A DNA stretch of 54,985 nucleotides from Acidimicrobiia bacterium (GTDB lineage Bacteria > Actinomycetota > Acidimicrobiia > Spongiisociales > ZC4RG35): positions 1 to 54,985 of the forward strand of contig JBHJOQ010000026.1 of assembly GCA_050329555.1 (NCBI GenBank), written 5' to 3'. Made by a program: the position numbers and the translations under genes. The notes below the pieces were generated by a model. It was not told where the DNA came from and did not search any database. It saw only the letters and a list, made by a program, of their open reading frames with translations. This document shows, in pieces, positions 27,728 through 36,788 of this stretch. How positions within the stretch are numbered: the first letter of the stretch is position 1; each line of letters begins with the position of its first letter.

Positions 27728-29923
27728 ATGACCGCCACGACGGAGCAGGAAACCGGCATAGACGCCAACCGGCGCCCGTCGGCGGTGCCGGTGATTTTTG
27801 AGGCGCTGGGTGTCTTCTCGGCCGTTGCCACCCTGCTTCTCGGAGTGTTGGGGACGATTCCCGAGCATCCACAATTCGACGTCGGCCGCAAGGTGTTCGG
27901 AAACGTGCCAGACGCGGTTGTAGCCGTCTTCTATGTGAGTGTTGCCGGATTTCTCTGGCTGACTTTCCACTTGCTGGCCCAGCGGTCGAGGTCGTGGCTC
28001 CAGGGCCGGCCCGAGACCAGGTGGGGCGACTGGCGGAAGAGGTTCCGACGGCTGGGCCAGGGTCTGCGGATGGAGACATTGATGCGGGACCGACGCATGG
28101 GTGTCATCCATTCGATGATCTACTACGGCTTCATTGTGCTGTTTCTGGGCACCGTCACCCTCGAGATCGACCATCTCCTGCCTGCCAACCTCAAATTCCT
28201 CCATGGAGCGTTCTATCAGGGTTACTCGGCGGTGCTCGACCTCGCCTCACTCGTCTATTTGGGGGGCGTCGCGCTCGCTGCAGCCAACCGTTACGGAGCA
28301 AGGCCGTCGCGCCTCAAGTCGAAGACCAAGCCCGAAGACGGGTTGATCCTCCTGACGCTGGCTTTGATGGGAATCACCGGGCTGCTCACCGAGGGAGCCC
28401 GCATCTCACTCGTTGCCCGCCCTGACTTCGAAGTGTGGTCTTTTGTCGGATATCCGATCTCGCTTTTGATCCCGCAGGCGGCGGCTGGTGATTTCCACCT
28501 CGCGATGTGGGTGATTCATGTTCTCAGCTTCGTAGCCTTCCTCGTGGTGCTTCCGATGACCAAGCTCCGCCACATGGTCACCTCGCCGGCAAACCTCTTC
28601 CTCAGCCCGCACGAACGGCCCAAGGGGGCGATGCGGCCGATGCCGAACCTGATGGAGGCCGACGACATCGAATCCATAGGTGCGTCTCTGGCCAGCGACC
28701 TCACCTGGAAGCAGATATTCGACACCGACGCCTGCACCATCTGTGGCCGGTGCACCTCGGTGTGCCCCGCCAACATCACCGGCAAGCCCCTGGACCCGCG
28801 GGAGATGGTGCTCAAGTCGGGTGAGGTGGCTGCGGCAAATGCCGGAGTTGGCCCCCCGGTTGGATCACTTGCGACGTTGGCGCCCGGGGCGGGCCTCTTC
28901 GATCGGATCACCGTAGAGGAAGCTTTCGCATGTACCACTTGCCGGGCCTGCGATGAGATCTGCCCTGTAGACATCGAGATCCTCGACCGCATCCTGGACA
29001 TGCGGCGCCACCTCACGCTCATGGAGTCGGAGTTCCCTGCCGAACTGGGTAAGGCGTTCGTCGCGATGGAAAACCAGTCGAATCCGTGGGGGATGAGCCA
29101 GCAGGCCCGCGCCGATTGGACGAAAGAGCTCGATTTCGAAGTCCCGGTTTTCGGAGAGAACGGCAAAGACACCGCCGATTACTTGTGGTTTGTCGGATGT
29201 GCCGGGTCCTTCGACGATCGCAACACCGCGGTGTCGGTCGCTCTGGCACGGCTGCTGCGGACGGCCGACATCGATTTCGCCATCCTGGCCGGCCGGGAGC
29301 TTTGCAACGGCGACCCGGCCCGGCGTTCCGGCAACGAGTTCGTCTTCCAGCAGCTCGCCTTGCAGAACATCGGGACCTTCGGCGAGATCGGCGTGAAGAA
29401 GGTGATCACCCAGTGCGCCCACTGTTTCAACACAATCGCAAACGAGTATCCGCAGTTCGGTGGCAACTACGAGGTCGTGCACCACAGCCAGTTGCTGGCA
29501 TCGTTGTTGACCCAGGGCCGGCTGCCCGAACCGGTCAAGGCCGACGGGCAGCGGAAGAAGATCGCCTATCACGATCCTTGCTACCTGGGCCGTCATAACG
29601 ACGTCTATATCTCCCCCAGGGAAGTGGCCGCTGCTCGCAGCGATATCGACCTGGTGGAGATGCCGAGGCATGGCACCCGGGCGTTGTGCTGCGGTGCCGG
29701 CGGAGCCCGGTTCTGGATGGAGGAGCAGACCGGCAAGAAGGTGAACATCGAGCGTGCGGAGGAAGCCCTTTCCACCGAAGCCGATGAAATCGCAGTCGCC
29801 TGCCCGTTCTGTTTGGTGATGCTCGACGACGGGGTCAAGGAACTGGGCAGAGACGACGTGAAGGTGCGCGATATTGCGGTGATCCTCGCCGAGGGGATTC
29901 TGCCTGCACCGGGGGATGGGTGA
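27728..29923 (+). CDS. Membrane Fe-S oxidoreductase, FadF/EtfD-like (NarI-like TM region, 2x 4Fe-4S, 2 CCG domains)
   Basis: CTICGRCTSVCP, CTTCRACDEICP, FVGC, QCAHC, YHDPCYLGR, CCGAGG, ACPFC. Confidence 0.88.
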   Translation: MTATTEQETGIDANRRPSAVPVIFEALGVFSAVATLLLGVLGTIPEHPQFDVGRKVFGNVPDAVVAVFYVSVAGFLWLTFHLLAQRSRSWLQGRPETRWGDWRKRFRRLGQGLRMETLMRDRRMGVIHSMIYYGFIVLFLGTVTLEIDHLLPANLKFLHGAFYQGYSAVLDLASLVYLGGVALAAANRYGARPSRLKSKTKPEDGLILLTLALMGITGLLTEGARISLVARPDFEVWSFVGYPISLLIPQAAAGDFHLAMWVIHVLSFVAFLVVLPMTKLRHMVTSPANLFLSPHERPKGAMRPMPNLMEADDIESIGASLASDLTWKQIFDTDACTICGRCTSVCPANITGKPLDPREMVLKSGEVAAANAGVGPPVGSLATLAPGAGLFDRITVEEAFACTTCRACDEICPVDIEILDRILDMRRHLTLMESEFPAELGKAFVAMENQSNPWGMSQQARADWTKELDFEVPVFGENGKDTADYLWFVGCAGSFDDRNTAVSVALARLLRTADIDFAILAGRELCNGDPARRSGNEFVFQQLALQNIGTFGEIGVKKVITQCAHCFNTIANEYPQFGGNYEVVHHSQLLASLLTQGRLPEPVKADGQRKKIAYHDPCYLGRHNDVYISPREVAAARSDIDLVEMPRHGTRALCCGAGGARFWMEEQTGKKVNIERAEEALSTEADEIAVACPFCLVMLDDGVKELGRDDVKVRDIAVILAEGILPAPGDG

Positions 29924-30462
29924 GCCTGAAGAAGCTGTTCGCCCTGGTGACGGTGACCATGGCGTTTGGCTGCACGGCTGCGCCGGGCGGTTCGTCGGAA
30001 TCGACCGTGGTATCGGTGACGACCACTACCACCACGATTCCAGGCCGTGTCGCAGCTATCGAGTATGTGGCCTGTCTTCGCACCGAAGGAGTCGAGGTAG
30101 ATGACATCCCCATCGACGCCCACGGGCGGCCGATGCTCAACGCCATCAACGACCAGCTCAACTATACCGACCCGGCGACAGTTGAAGCCGTCTCTGCTTG
30201 TGCCGGCATCCTCTCCGAGGGCGCTCTCGACCTCGGGTTCGACGAGACCTTCCGCCAGGCCGTCGTGGAACAACTTGCGGCCTTCTCGCGGTGCCTTCGC
30301 GCCCGGGGGGTCGATACCTTCCCGGACCCGGTTCCCGGGTTCATCGGAATCGGCTCCCCTTACCCGGTTGCGGAAATCCCTTACGACGATGCCGGTCTGC
30401 CGGCGGCAGTCGAGGCATGCGAGAAGACCATCTTTGGTCGTTTTCCCGGGGCCAGCGGCTGA
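29920..30462 (+). CDS. Hypothetical lipoprotein with two CLR..G..PDP-type repeats
   Basis: Lipobox AFGC, S/T linker, YVACLRTEGV and FSRCLRARGV repeats. Confidence 0.72.
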   Translation: MSLKKLFALVTVTMAFGCTAAPGGSSESTVVSVTTTTTTIPGRVAAIEYVACLRTEGVEVDDIPIDAHGRPMLNAINDQLNYTDPATVEAVSACAGILSEGALDLGFDETFRQAVVEQLAAFSRCLRARGVDTFPDPVPGFIGIGSPYPVAEIPYDDAGLPAAVEACEKTIFGRFPGASG

Positions 30463-30502
30463 CACGAAGATCACTTCCGCCAATGCTTCTATTCTTGCTC
30501 GG

Positions 30503-30787
30503 GTGACAGCACCCGCTCCGGTCATCGATTCTCATGTCGACGAGGCAACCGACAAGGACCGACCCTGGCAGGTTGTGGTGTGGGACGACCCCGTCAACAC
30601 GATTCCTTACGTCATCTACGTCTTCCGCAAGCTCTTCGGCTATAGCGAGCGCAAGGCAAGGAAGCTGACGATGGAGGTGCACCACGAAGGCCGGTCGGCG
30701 GTCTCTGATGGTCCCAGGGAACAGGTCGAGGCCCAATGTTTTCAGCTCCACGCCTATGGCCTCTGGGCCACAATCGAGCAGACCTGA
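30503..30787 (+). CDS. clpS: ATP-dependent Clp protease adaptor ClpS
   Basis: PWQVVVWDDPVNT..YV..VF..LFG, MEVHHEGR, LH.YGLWAT. Confidence 0.92.
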   Translation: MTAPAPVIDSHVDEATDKDRPWQVVVWDDPVNTIPYVIYVFRKLFGYSERKARKLTMEVHHEGRSAVSDGPREQVEAQCFQLHAYGLWATIEQT

Positions 30788-31248
30788 TGGGCCGGCGATT
30801 TCAGACGACCAGGGCGGGGCGTATCTCCCTGCAGCTCGACCCGGCCGAGTCCGCCTTCCTCTCCGACATGTTGAGAATGCTGGAGAGTGTGGGACAGGTG
30901 GATGGTGACCCCGGCGAGAAGCGACTGAACGTCCCCGCCTATCTGGGGGATGCTGAATCGGCAGAGGAGTGGCGCCGACAGATGAGCGACCGGATCGAGG
31001 ACGGAAGGGCCGGCGACAGGGAGGTCCTCCGTTCGGCGATCGAAACCGACGATAGGTTGACGCTCGAACCGGCTGGAGCCGAGGCGATCCTTCGTGTGGT
31101 CAACGAGGCCCGGCTGGTGCTTGCGGCGCGGCTGGGGATCGAGGTCGAGTCTGACTACGAGCAACTCGACCCCGGTGGGACCGTAGCTCTGCACTATCTG
31201 GGCCTGTTTATCGAGGATCTCACCGATGAACTGTCCAGGATGCTCTGA
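30787..31248 (+). CDS. DUF2017-like protein
   Basis: DP..KRL.VPAY, A.AILRVVNEARLVLA.RLGI; TGATG coupling to clpS, a typical actinobacterial synteny. Confidence 0.78.
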   Translation: MGRRFQTTRAGRISLQLDPAESAFLSDMLRMLESVGQVDGDPGEKRLNVPAYLGDAESAEEWRRQMSDRIEDGRAGDREVLRSAIETDDRLTLEPAGAEAILRVVNEARLVLAARLGIEVESDYEQLDPGGTVALHYLGLFIEDLTDELSRML

Positions 31249-31320
31249 TCACATGCAGGTTTCGCCGTCGATGAGTAGTTTCCGGGTTAACACTGTGCCG
31301 TTTGACAAAGTGGAGGATTC

Positions 31321-32436
31321 TTGGTCGCCGATCCGATAGCAGAGCTCCGCAGCCCCGAGGGAGCCTTGATCTCGATGTACATGGAACGTCCCAGTCCAGG
31401 AGGTTTCAGCGCACTCATCTCCGAGCTCGGGAGAGACGTCCGCAACGTCGCCCGGACCCGGGACAGGGTCGTCCAGAAAAGTGTCGAAGCGGACATTCAC
31501 CGGATTAGGGGGGAGGCCGAGCGTTTCGAGCTGGAGGCTGTCCCGGCATATGCAGTCTTCGCAGCTTCGGTGAACGCCATCTATCAGATCAAGCCGCTCG
31601 CTCACCCGGTCGCATCCAGGAGCACCCTTGGCTCCAGGCCCTACCTACGCCCGCTCCGTGCCGAGCCCCGTCCCTCCCGGACTGCAATCCTCGTGGCCGA
31701 CCGCGCTGAAGCCCGTGTGTTCGTGGGGTACGACGGGTCGATTGCAGAAGTTGGAGCCCCGCTGAACGCCGATGCGGGCAAGTCGAACTTTGGTGGGTTT
31801 GCCGGTTACGAGGAGCACACGGTGCGGGGACGGGCCGACGAGGTTGCGGCGCGTCTGTGGCGGGAAGCCGGCCAGCGCCTGTTGGATGGCCACCAGGATG
31901 TGCCTTTCGACTCGATCGTCATCGGCTGTCACGAGGAAGCCGTGGATGACATCCGCAATCAGCTGCACCCATACCTCCGGGCTCTCCCCCACGGAACCTT
32001 CCCGGTAAGCCCTTCCGAAGTCTCGATCCAACGGCTGCGGCATGAGGTCGACGAGCAGAATCGATCGATTCGCGAGGAAAGGGAGATGGCGCTGGTGTCG
32101 ACTCTGATGGCAGCAACCAGCAGGGGGACGGGGGCGGTGGTTGGTCTTGCCGACACCCTGCGGATGGCCAACGTCCAGGGGATTTCGGATCTCGTCGTCG
32201 CCGGTTCGTTCTCCCGGCCGGGAGTGATGTGCCCGGCATGTGGTTTTCTCGGACGGGACGGGACCGTATGCGACGTTTGCGGGAACGGGCTGCACGAGGT
32301 CGCCGATGTCGTCGCGGCGATGATCGACTCCACTGTCGAGGCCGGAGGCCTGGTCCATCAGGTTGTCATCGGTTCGGTACTAGACAGGGACGGGATCGGC
32401 GCCCTGACCCGCTTCGATATCGGCGGTCTCGACTGA
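31321..32436 (+). CDS. Bacterial archaeo-eukaryotic release factor 1 homolog (baeRF1, Balon-like) with Zn ribbon
   Basis: ISMY, PYLRPL, ILVADR..ARVF, AVVGL..TL..AN, CPACG...CDVCG, GIGALTRF; GGAGG SD before TTG. Confidence 0.8.
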   Translation: MVADPIAELRSPEGALISMYMERPSPGGFSALISELGRDVRNVARTRDRVVQKSVEADIHRIRGEAERFELEAVPAYAVFAASVNAIYQIKPLAHPVASRSTLGSRPYLRPLRAEPRPSRTAILVADRAEARVFVGYDGSIAEVGAPLNADAGKSNFGGFAGYEEHTVRGRADEVAARLWREAGQRLLDGHQDVPFDSIVIGCHEEAVDDIRNQLHPYLRALPHGTFPVSPSEVSIQRLRHEVDEQNRSIREEREMALVSTLMAATSRGTGAVVGLADTLRMANVQGISDLVVAGSFSRPGVMCPACGFLGRDGTVCDVCGNGLHEVADVVAAMIDSTVEAGGLVHQVVIGSVLDRDGIGALTRFDIGGLD

Positions 32437-32464
32437 GCACGCCACCGCCACTACCTTCCCCCAG

Positions 32465-33064
32465 ATGTCCGTAGCAGCTCTCATCCTCGCCGCCGGTGGA
32501 TCGGTGCGACTCGGGCGGCCCAAGCAGCTCGAGCCGTGGGGCGAAGACTCCCTTCTCGAACATGTCATCAAACGGACCAGGGGCTTCCCGGTCGACGAGG
32601 TGTGGGTCGTGATCGGCGCCCTTTCCGACGAACTGCTCGACAAAGTCGATTTCCTCGATGCCAACGTTGTCGAGAATCCGGAGTGGGAGGAAGGCATCGC
32701 CTCGTCGATCCGGGCCGGCCTCGATGCACTCACCCAGCTGTCACGGTGCGACTCTGCCCTGATCGTCCTGGGAGACCAGCCGGATGTGTCCGCGGAGGTC
32801 GTCGAGGAGCTGCTGGTGTCGCATCGCCGCTCCGACAGCCGGGTCAGCGTTCCCAAGTATCGCTACAGCCGGGGCAACCCTGTTGTCGTCGACCGTTCGC
32901 TCTGGCCCCGATTGATGTCACTCGAGGGCGACGATGGTGCGGGCCGGCTCTGGCAGGCCCATCCGGAGTGGGTTAACGAGGTCTGGTTCTCTGAGATGGG
33001 CCCGCGCGATGTCGACACCGACGTCGATGTCAGAGACATGAAGCCGCGGGATGGGTCCCAATGA
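32465..33064 (+). CDS. MocA/YgfJ-like nucleotidyltransferase (molybdenum cofactor cytidylyltransferase family)
   Basis: ILAAGGSVRLGRPKQL, NPEWEEGIASSI, LGDQP, GNPV, GDDGA, DVDT. Confidence 0.85.
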   Translation: MSVAALILAAGGSVRLGRPKQLEPWGEDSLLEHVIKRTRGFPVDEVWVVIGALSDELLDKVDFLDANVVENPEWEEGIASSIRAGLDALTQLSRCDSALIVLGDQPDVSAEVVEELLVSHRRSDSRVSVPKYRYSRGNPVVVDRSLWPRLMSLEGDDGAGRLWQAHPEWVNEVWFSEMGPRDVDTDVDVRDMKPRDGSQ

Positions 33065-33122
33065 AAGGGATGGCTCCGATGTCTAATGTTACGAGGATGA
33101 CGTTGTTTTGGAGTCGCGGTTA

Positions 33123-33527
33123 ATGGGGCGAATCGACGAAGTCGCCGGATTAGGTGTCAGGCAGGCCACAAGCCTTCGCAAGGCCGGGGTAAAGACCAGC
33201 AAGGGGCTGATCGAAGAGGCTTCGACCAGGGCCGGGCGCAGCGCATTGTCCAAGAAGACCGGGATACCTCCACGTGATCTCAAATCGTGGGTTCACCACG
33301 CCGATCTCCTTCGGGTCAAAGGCGTCGGGGGTGAGTACGCCGAGTTACTGGTTGCTGCCGGTGTGGACACCATCCGGGACCTTCGCCGCCGCAACCCGAC
33401 CGCATTGGTGGCCAAGGTCATCTCGATGAATGGTTCGAAGAAAGTAGTGAGGCGACTCCCCACCGAGGCAATGGTCGCCGGCTGGATCGAATCGGCCACA
33501 CTGATCGAGCCTTCCATCGACAAATAG
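33123..33527 (+). CDS. DUF4332-like HhH protein
   Basis: IDEVAGLG...L.KAGV, WV.HADLLRVKGVG.EYAELL..AGVDT..L..RNP, V.GWI. Confidence 0.82.
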   Translation: MGRIDEVAGLGVRQATSLRKAGVKTSKGLIEEASTRAGRSALSKKTGIPPRDLKSWVHHADLLRVKGVGGEYAELLVAAGVDTIRDLRRRNPTALVAKVISMNGSKKVVRRLPTEAMVAGWIESATLIEPSIDK

Positions 33528-33609
33528 CCCACCGGCGCGCAGCACTGATTCAAATCGGCTGTGGGTAGCATCGGGTCCTGATGACGGTACGAAGGATGAC
33601 AGCACGCAG

Positions 33610-34338
33610 ATGACTGCCAAAGACCTTACCGGTTACGAGCCTGGTTATACCCCTCACATTGGTGAGAGCCGCCAGTACTGGCGCGACATCATCCTCGGGG
33701 TCAACGATGGACTGGTGTCGATGTTTCTGCTGGTGGCCGGGGTGGTCGGTGGTGGTCTCAACTCGAGCCAGGTCCTGCTCACCGCGATTTCCGGTGCGGT
33801 GGCCGGCGCAATCTCGATGGCTGCAAGCGAATATCTGGCAACGAAGTCCCAAGACGAGGTTCTCGAAGCCGAACTGGTGCTGGAGCGCACCCACATCAGG
33901 GACTTCCGGGAGTCGGAGTTGGAGCAGCTTCGTGAGATGTTCTCCGACATGGGGTTGCTGGCGGAGGATGTCGAGGCGGTGGTGGGCGCCTTCGACCGTT
34001 CCGACGAGGCGATGCTCAATGCGATGAAGTCGCTCGAATTCGGCGTAGTCGACTCGGAGCGACGCTCTCCCTATACGGCGATGGCGCTGTCAGGGTTGCT
34101 CTTCCTCGCCGGGTCGATTCCCTCCGTACTCCCGTTTGCCTTTGGCCTGCGACCGTCAGTCGGCCTGGCCATCGCATCAGTGCTCTCGCTCTCGGGTTTG
34201 TTCATGGTCGGCGTGGTCAAGGCCCGGGTCGTCGGGTCCAGCCGCCTCAAGGCCGGTTTCGAAAACCTGGTGATCGCCGGCATCGGCGGTGTTCTCGCAT
34301 GGTTCATCGGAGACATCATCGGGAGAACTTTCCTCTGA
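33610..34338 (+). CDS. VIT1/CCC1 family Fe/Mn transporter
   Basis: DIILGVNDGLV, AGAISMAASEYL, acidic cytoplasmic loop. Confidence 0.92.
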   Translation: MTAKDLTGYEPGYTPHIGESRQYWRDIILGVNDGLVSMFLLVAGVVGGGLNSSQVLLTAISGAVAGAISMAASEYLATKSQDEVLEAELVLERTHIRDFRESELEQLREMFSDMGLLAEDVEAVVGAFDRSDEAMLNAMKSLEFGVVDSERRSPYTAMALSGLLFLAGSIPSVLPFAFGLRPSVGLAIASVLSLSGLFMVGVVKARVVGSSRLKAGFENLVIAGIGGVLAWFIGDIIGRTFL

Positions 34339-34348
34339 TCAGTTAGCG

Positions 34349-34407
34349 TTGCGCTTGCTATTGCTAGCAGCTTGCGATATACTCACATATTGTGAACGAT
34401 AGCAAGC
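34349..34407. promoter_or_regulatory. Candidate autoregulatory operator of the XRE gene
   Basis: 9-bp IR GCTTGCTAT (34353) / ATAGCAAGC (34399) flanking a TATACT -10; tandem TTGC at 6-nt period. Confidence 0.45.
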
Positions 34408-34751
34408 AGACCGATCTCGGTGATTTCATCCGCCAGCAGCGGGAGAGGGCGAACCTGTCCTTGCGGCGCCTGGCCGATTCAGCCGGCATCTCAAACCCGT
34501 ACCTCAGTCAGATCGAGCGTGGGATTCGGAAGCCTTCGGCAGAGATCTTGAAACGGCTATCGCGCGCACTGGAGATTTCGGCCAACTCGATGTACACAAA
34601 AGCCGGGTTGTTCGACGAGGAGTTCGACTCGCCGTCAGTTCTCGATGCCATCGACGCTGACGGGGGTCTGACCCCTGACCAAAAGAAAGTGCTGCTCGAC
34701 CTGTACCGGACAATGAGCCGGGCGAACGGTCTGGCAGCTGAAGAGCAATAG
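34392..34751 (+). CDS. XRE-family HTH regulator (Rv0474-like)
   Basis: LGDFIRQQR...SLRRLA..AGISNPYLSQIERG.RKPSA; LT.DQK.VLL..Y. Confidence 0.9.
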   Translation: MNDSKQTDLGDFIRQQRERANLSLRRLADSAGISNPYLSQIERGIRKPSAEILKRLSRALEISANSMYTKAGLFDEEFDSPSVLDAIDADGGLTPDQKKVLLDLYRTMSRANGLAAEEQ

Positions 34752-34760
34752 GAGAAAATC

Positions 34761-35342
34761 ATGCAGGCAAAGAACGTCCTGTACGCGGCCGTCGGCGCTC
34801 CCGTCGTAGCCGCTCGCAAGGTCTCCGACTCCGTCGGAACCCTGCGCACCAAAATCAATGAAGAAGCTGGCGACTACACCAAGTACGCCACCAAGACTGT
34901 CGAGGACTGGGCGAAAGAGGGCGAGAAGCTCGTCTCCCGCGTCGCGGACAACGATAAGGTCGAAGAACTCGCCTCACGCGTCGACCTCGACCAGGCCAAA
35001 GAGCAGGTCGGCAAGCTGCGCACGCAGCTCGAGGACATGCTCGACACATGGCGGTCGTCGTTCCGTCCGGAGAAGAGCGTGACCAAGGTCGAGGTGACCG
35101 AGGCCACGAAGCCCGCCTCCAAGACCAGCACGGCGAAGAAGCCTGTGGCGAAGACAGCTGCGAAGAAGCCTGCTGCCAAGTCGACCACGGCGAAGAAGCC
35201 TGCCGCGAACACAGCTGGGAAGAAGCCTGCTGCCAAGTCGACCACGGTCAAGAAGCCTGCAGCGAACACGGCTGCGAAGAAGCCTGCTGCCAGGACCAGC
35301 ACGCCAAAGCCGAAGACGACCGAAGCTGCCAAAGCTTCCTGA
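34761..35342 (+). CDS. HBHA/phasin-like protein with Lys-Pro-Ala-rich tail
   Basis: N-terminal LYAAVGA, amphipathic coiled coil, KKPAAK repeats; directly after an Rv0474-like HTH; AGGAG SD. Confidence 0.72.
   Translation: MQAKNVLYAAVGAPVVAARKVSDSVGTLRTKINEEAGDYTKYATKTVEDWAKEGEKLVSRVADNDKVEELASRVDLDQAKEQVGKLRTQLEDMLDTWRSSFRPEKSVTKVEVTEATKPASKTSTAKKPVAKTAAKKPAAKSTTAKKPAANTAGKKPAAKSTTVKKPAANTAAKKPAARTSTPKPKTTEAAKAS
35136..35306 (+). repeat. Intragenic tandem repeat, 57-bp unit (27+30) x3
   Basis: AAGAAGCCTG at 35136, 35163, 35193, 35220, 35250 and 35277. Confidence 0.9.
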
Positions 35343-35363
35343 GGGCCCCTCCTCACGATGATG

Positions 35364-35398
35364 ACGGGTTCCCGATATCGGGGACCCGTTCCCGTTTT
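35364..35398 (+). terminator. Intrinsic terminator hairpin between convergent genes
   Basis: ACGGGTTCCCGATATCGGGGACCCGT near-perfect palindrome followed by TCCCGTTTT. Confidence 0.7.
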
Positions 35399-35420
35399 CC
35401 ACTAGTTGGAGGCCAGAGCA

Positions 35421-36788
35421 CTAGACGTCGCGCAAAGCCGCCAGGGTCTGTTCCAGGGCGTCTTTGGCATCGGCAAAGTACATGAGGGTGTTGTCGTTGT
35501 AGAAGAGCGGGTTGTCGGTGCCGGCGAAACCGGGGGAGAGGCTTCGCTTGACCACGATCACAGTTCCGGCACGGTCGACATTGAATATCGGCATGCCGTA
35601 AATCGGTGACGATGAGTCATCACGAGCTGAAGGGTTCACCACGTCGTTTGCCCCGAGGATGAGCACAACGTCGGTCTGGGGCAGCTGGGGGTCGGCTTGC
35701 TCCAGGTCGAGCAGCTGCTCGTAGGGCACGTCTGCCTCGGCCAGCAAGACGTTCATATGCCCGGGCATCCGGCCCGCCACCGGATGTATCGCGTAATGGA
35801 CCGTGATCCCCCGGTCCTCCAGGGCGTTGGCCAGCTTGCGCGTTGCATGCTGCGCCTGAGCGACGGCGAGGCCGTACCCGGGAACGACCATCACCGTTTC
35901 GGCGAATCCGAGGGCGATGGCGGCATCCTCGGCGGTCGCCCGCTTCACCGGCTTTGTGCTCATCTCGCCTAAACCGGAAATTGCGTTCCCGCTGCCGAAG
36001 CCGGCGAAGAGGACATTGGCCAGAGAGCGATTCATGGCTTTGGTCATCTGAATGGTGAGGATCAACCCGGCCGCACCTACCAGGGCCCCTCCGATGATCA
36101 GAGCGTTGTTCTCGATCACGAAACCTGCCGACGCCGCGGCCAGGCCCGAGAAAGAGTTGAGCAACGAGATGACGACCGGCATATCCGCCCCGCCAATCGG
36201 GATGACCGCCATGACCCCGATGATCAGCGCTACGGCGCCCAGCACCCAGTACACGTCAGGGTTGCCGTCGGCCATCACCAACACGCCGGCCCCGATCGCC
36301 ACGACCACCAGAAAGGCGTTCACCCCCTGCTGCCCCGTAAAGACGATCGGGTTGCCTCCGATCAGCCCCTGGAGCTTGGCGAACGCAACGAAACTGCCGG
36401 AAAAGGTCACCGCCCCGATGAGGGTCGAGATGAGGATGGTCACAGTTGTCTGTGCAGGGAGAAGAGACAGGTCAGATTCGAGCACCGCGACCGCGGCGAC
36501 CAGCGCCGAGGCGATACCGCCGAGACCATTGAAGACGGCAACCATCTGAGGCATCGCCGTCATTTGCACCCGCAGCGCCCCCCAGACCCCGATGACCGTT
36601 CCCACAACGAGGCCCGAAGCGACGGTCTCCCAGTTGACGATATCGGCGTCCAGCAGAGCTACCACCAGCGCCACCAGCATCCCCGCTGCGGCAATACGAT
36701 TACCCGAGCGCGCCGTCTTCGGGCCCCCGAGGCGTCTGAGGCCAACGATGAAAGCGACCGCGGAACCCAGGTAAAGCAGTTCGATCAT
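35421..36788 (-). CDS. pntB: NAD(P) transhydrogenase beta subunit
   Basis: MTAMPQMVA, IGGADMPVVISLLNS, VPGYGLAVAQAQH, HPVAGRMPGHMN, GANDVVNP. Confidence 0.96.
   Translation of the reverse strand: MIELLYLGSAVAFIVGLRRLGGPKTARSGNRIAAAGMLVALVVALLDADIVNWETVASGLVVGTVIGVWGALRVQMTAMPQMVAVFNGLGGIASALVAAVAVLESDLSLLPAQTTVTILISTLIGAVTFSGSFVAFAKLQGLIGGNPIVFTGQQGVNAFLVVVAIGAGVLVMADGNPDVYWVLGAVALIIGVMAVIPIGGADMPVVISLLNSFSGLAAASAGFVIENNALIIGGALVGAAGLILTIQMTKAMNRSLANVLFAGFGSGNAISGLGEMSTKPVKRATAEDAAIALGFAETVMVVPGYGLAVAQAQHATRKLANALEDRGITVHYAIHPVAGRMPGHMNVLLAEADVPYEQLLDLEQADPQLPQTDVVLILGANDVVNPSARDDSSSPIYGMPIFNVDRAGTVIVVKRSLSPGFAGTDNPLFYNDNTLMYFADAKDALEQTLAALRDV

Noticed and set aside
33528-33570. TTCAAA-containing hairpin suggestive of a tRNA-Sec anticodon arm
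   Set aside because: No T-arm, acceptor stem or D-arm; better explained as a 3' hairpin after the DUF4332 gene
35136-35306. Regularly spaced short repeats resembling a CRISPR array
   Set aside because: The repeats are in frame within a CDS, the intervening sequences are themselves repeated, and there are no cas genes
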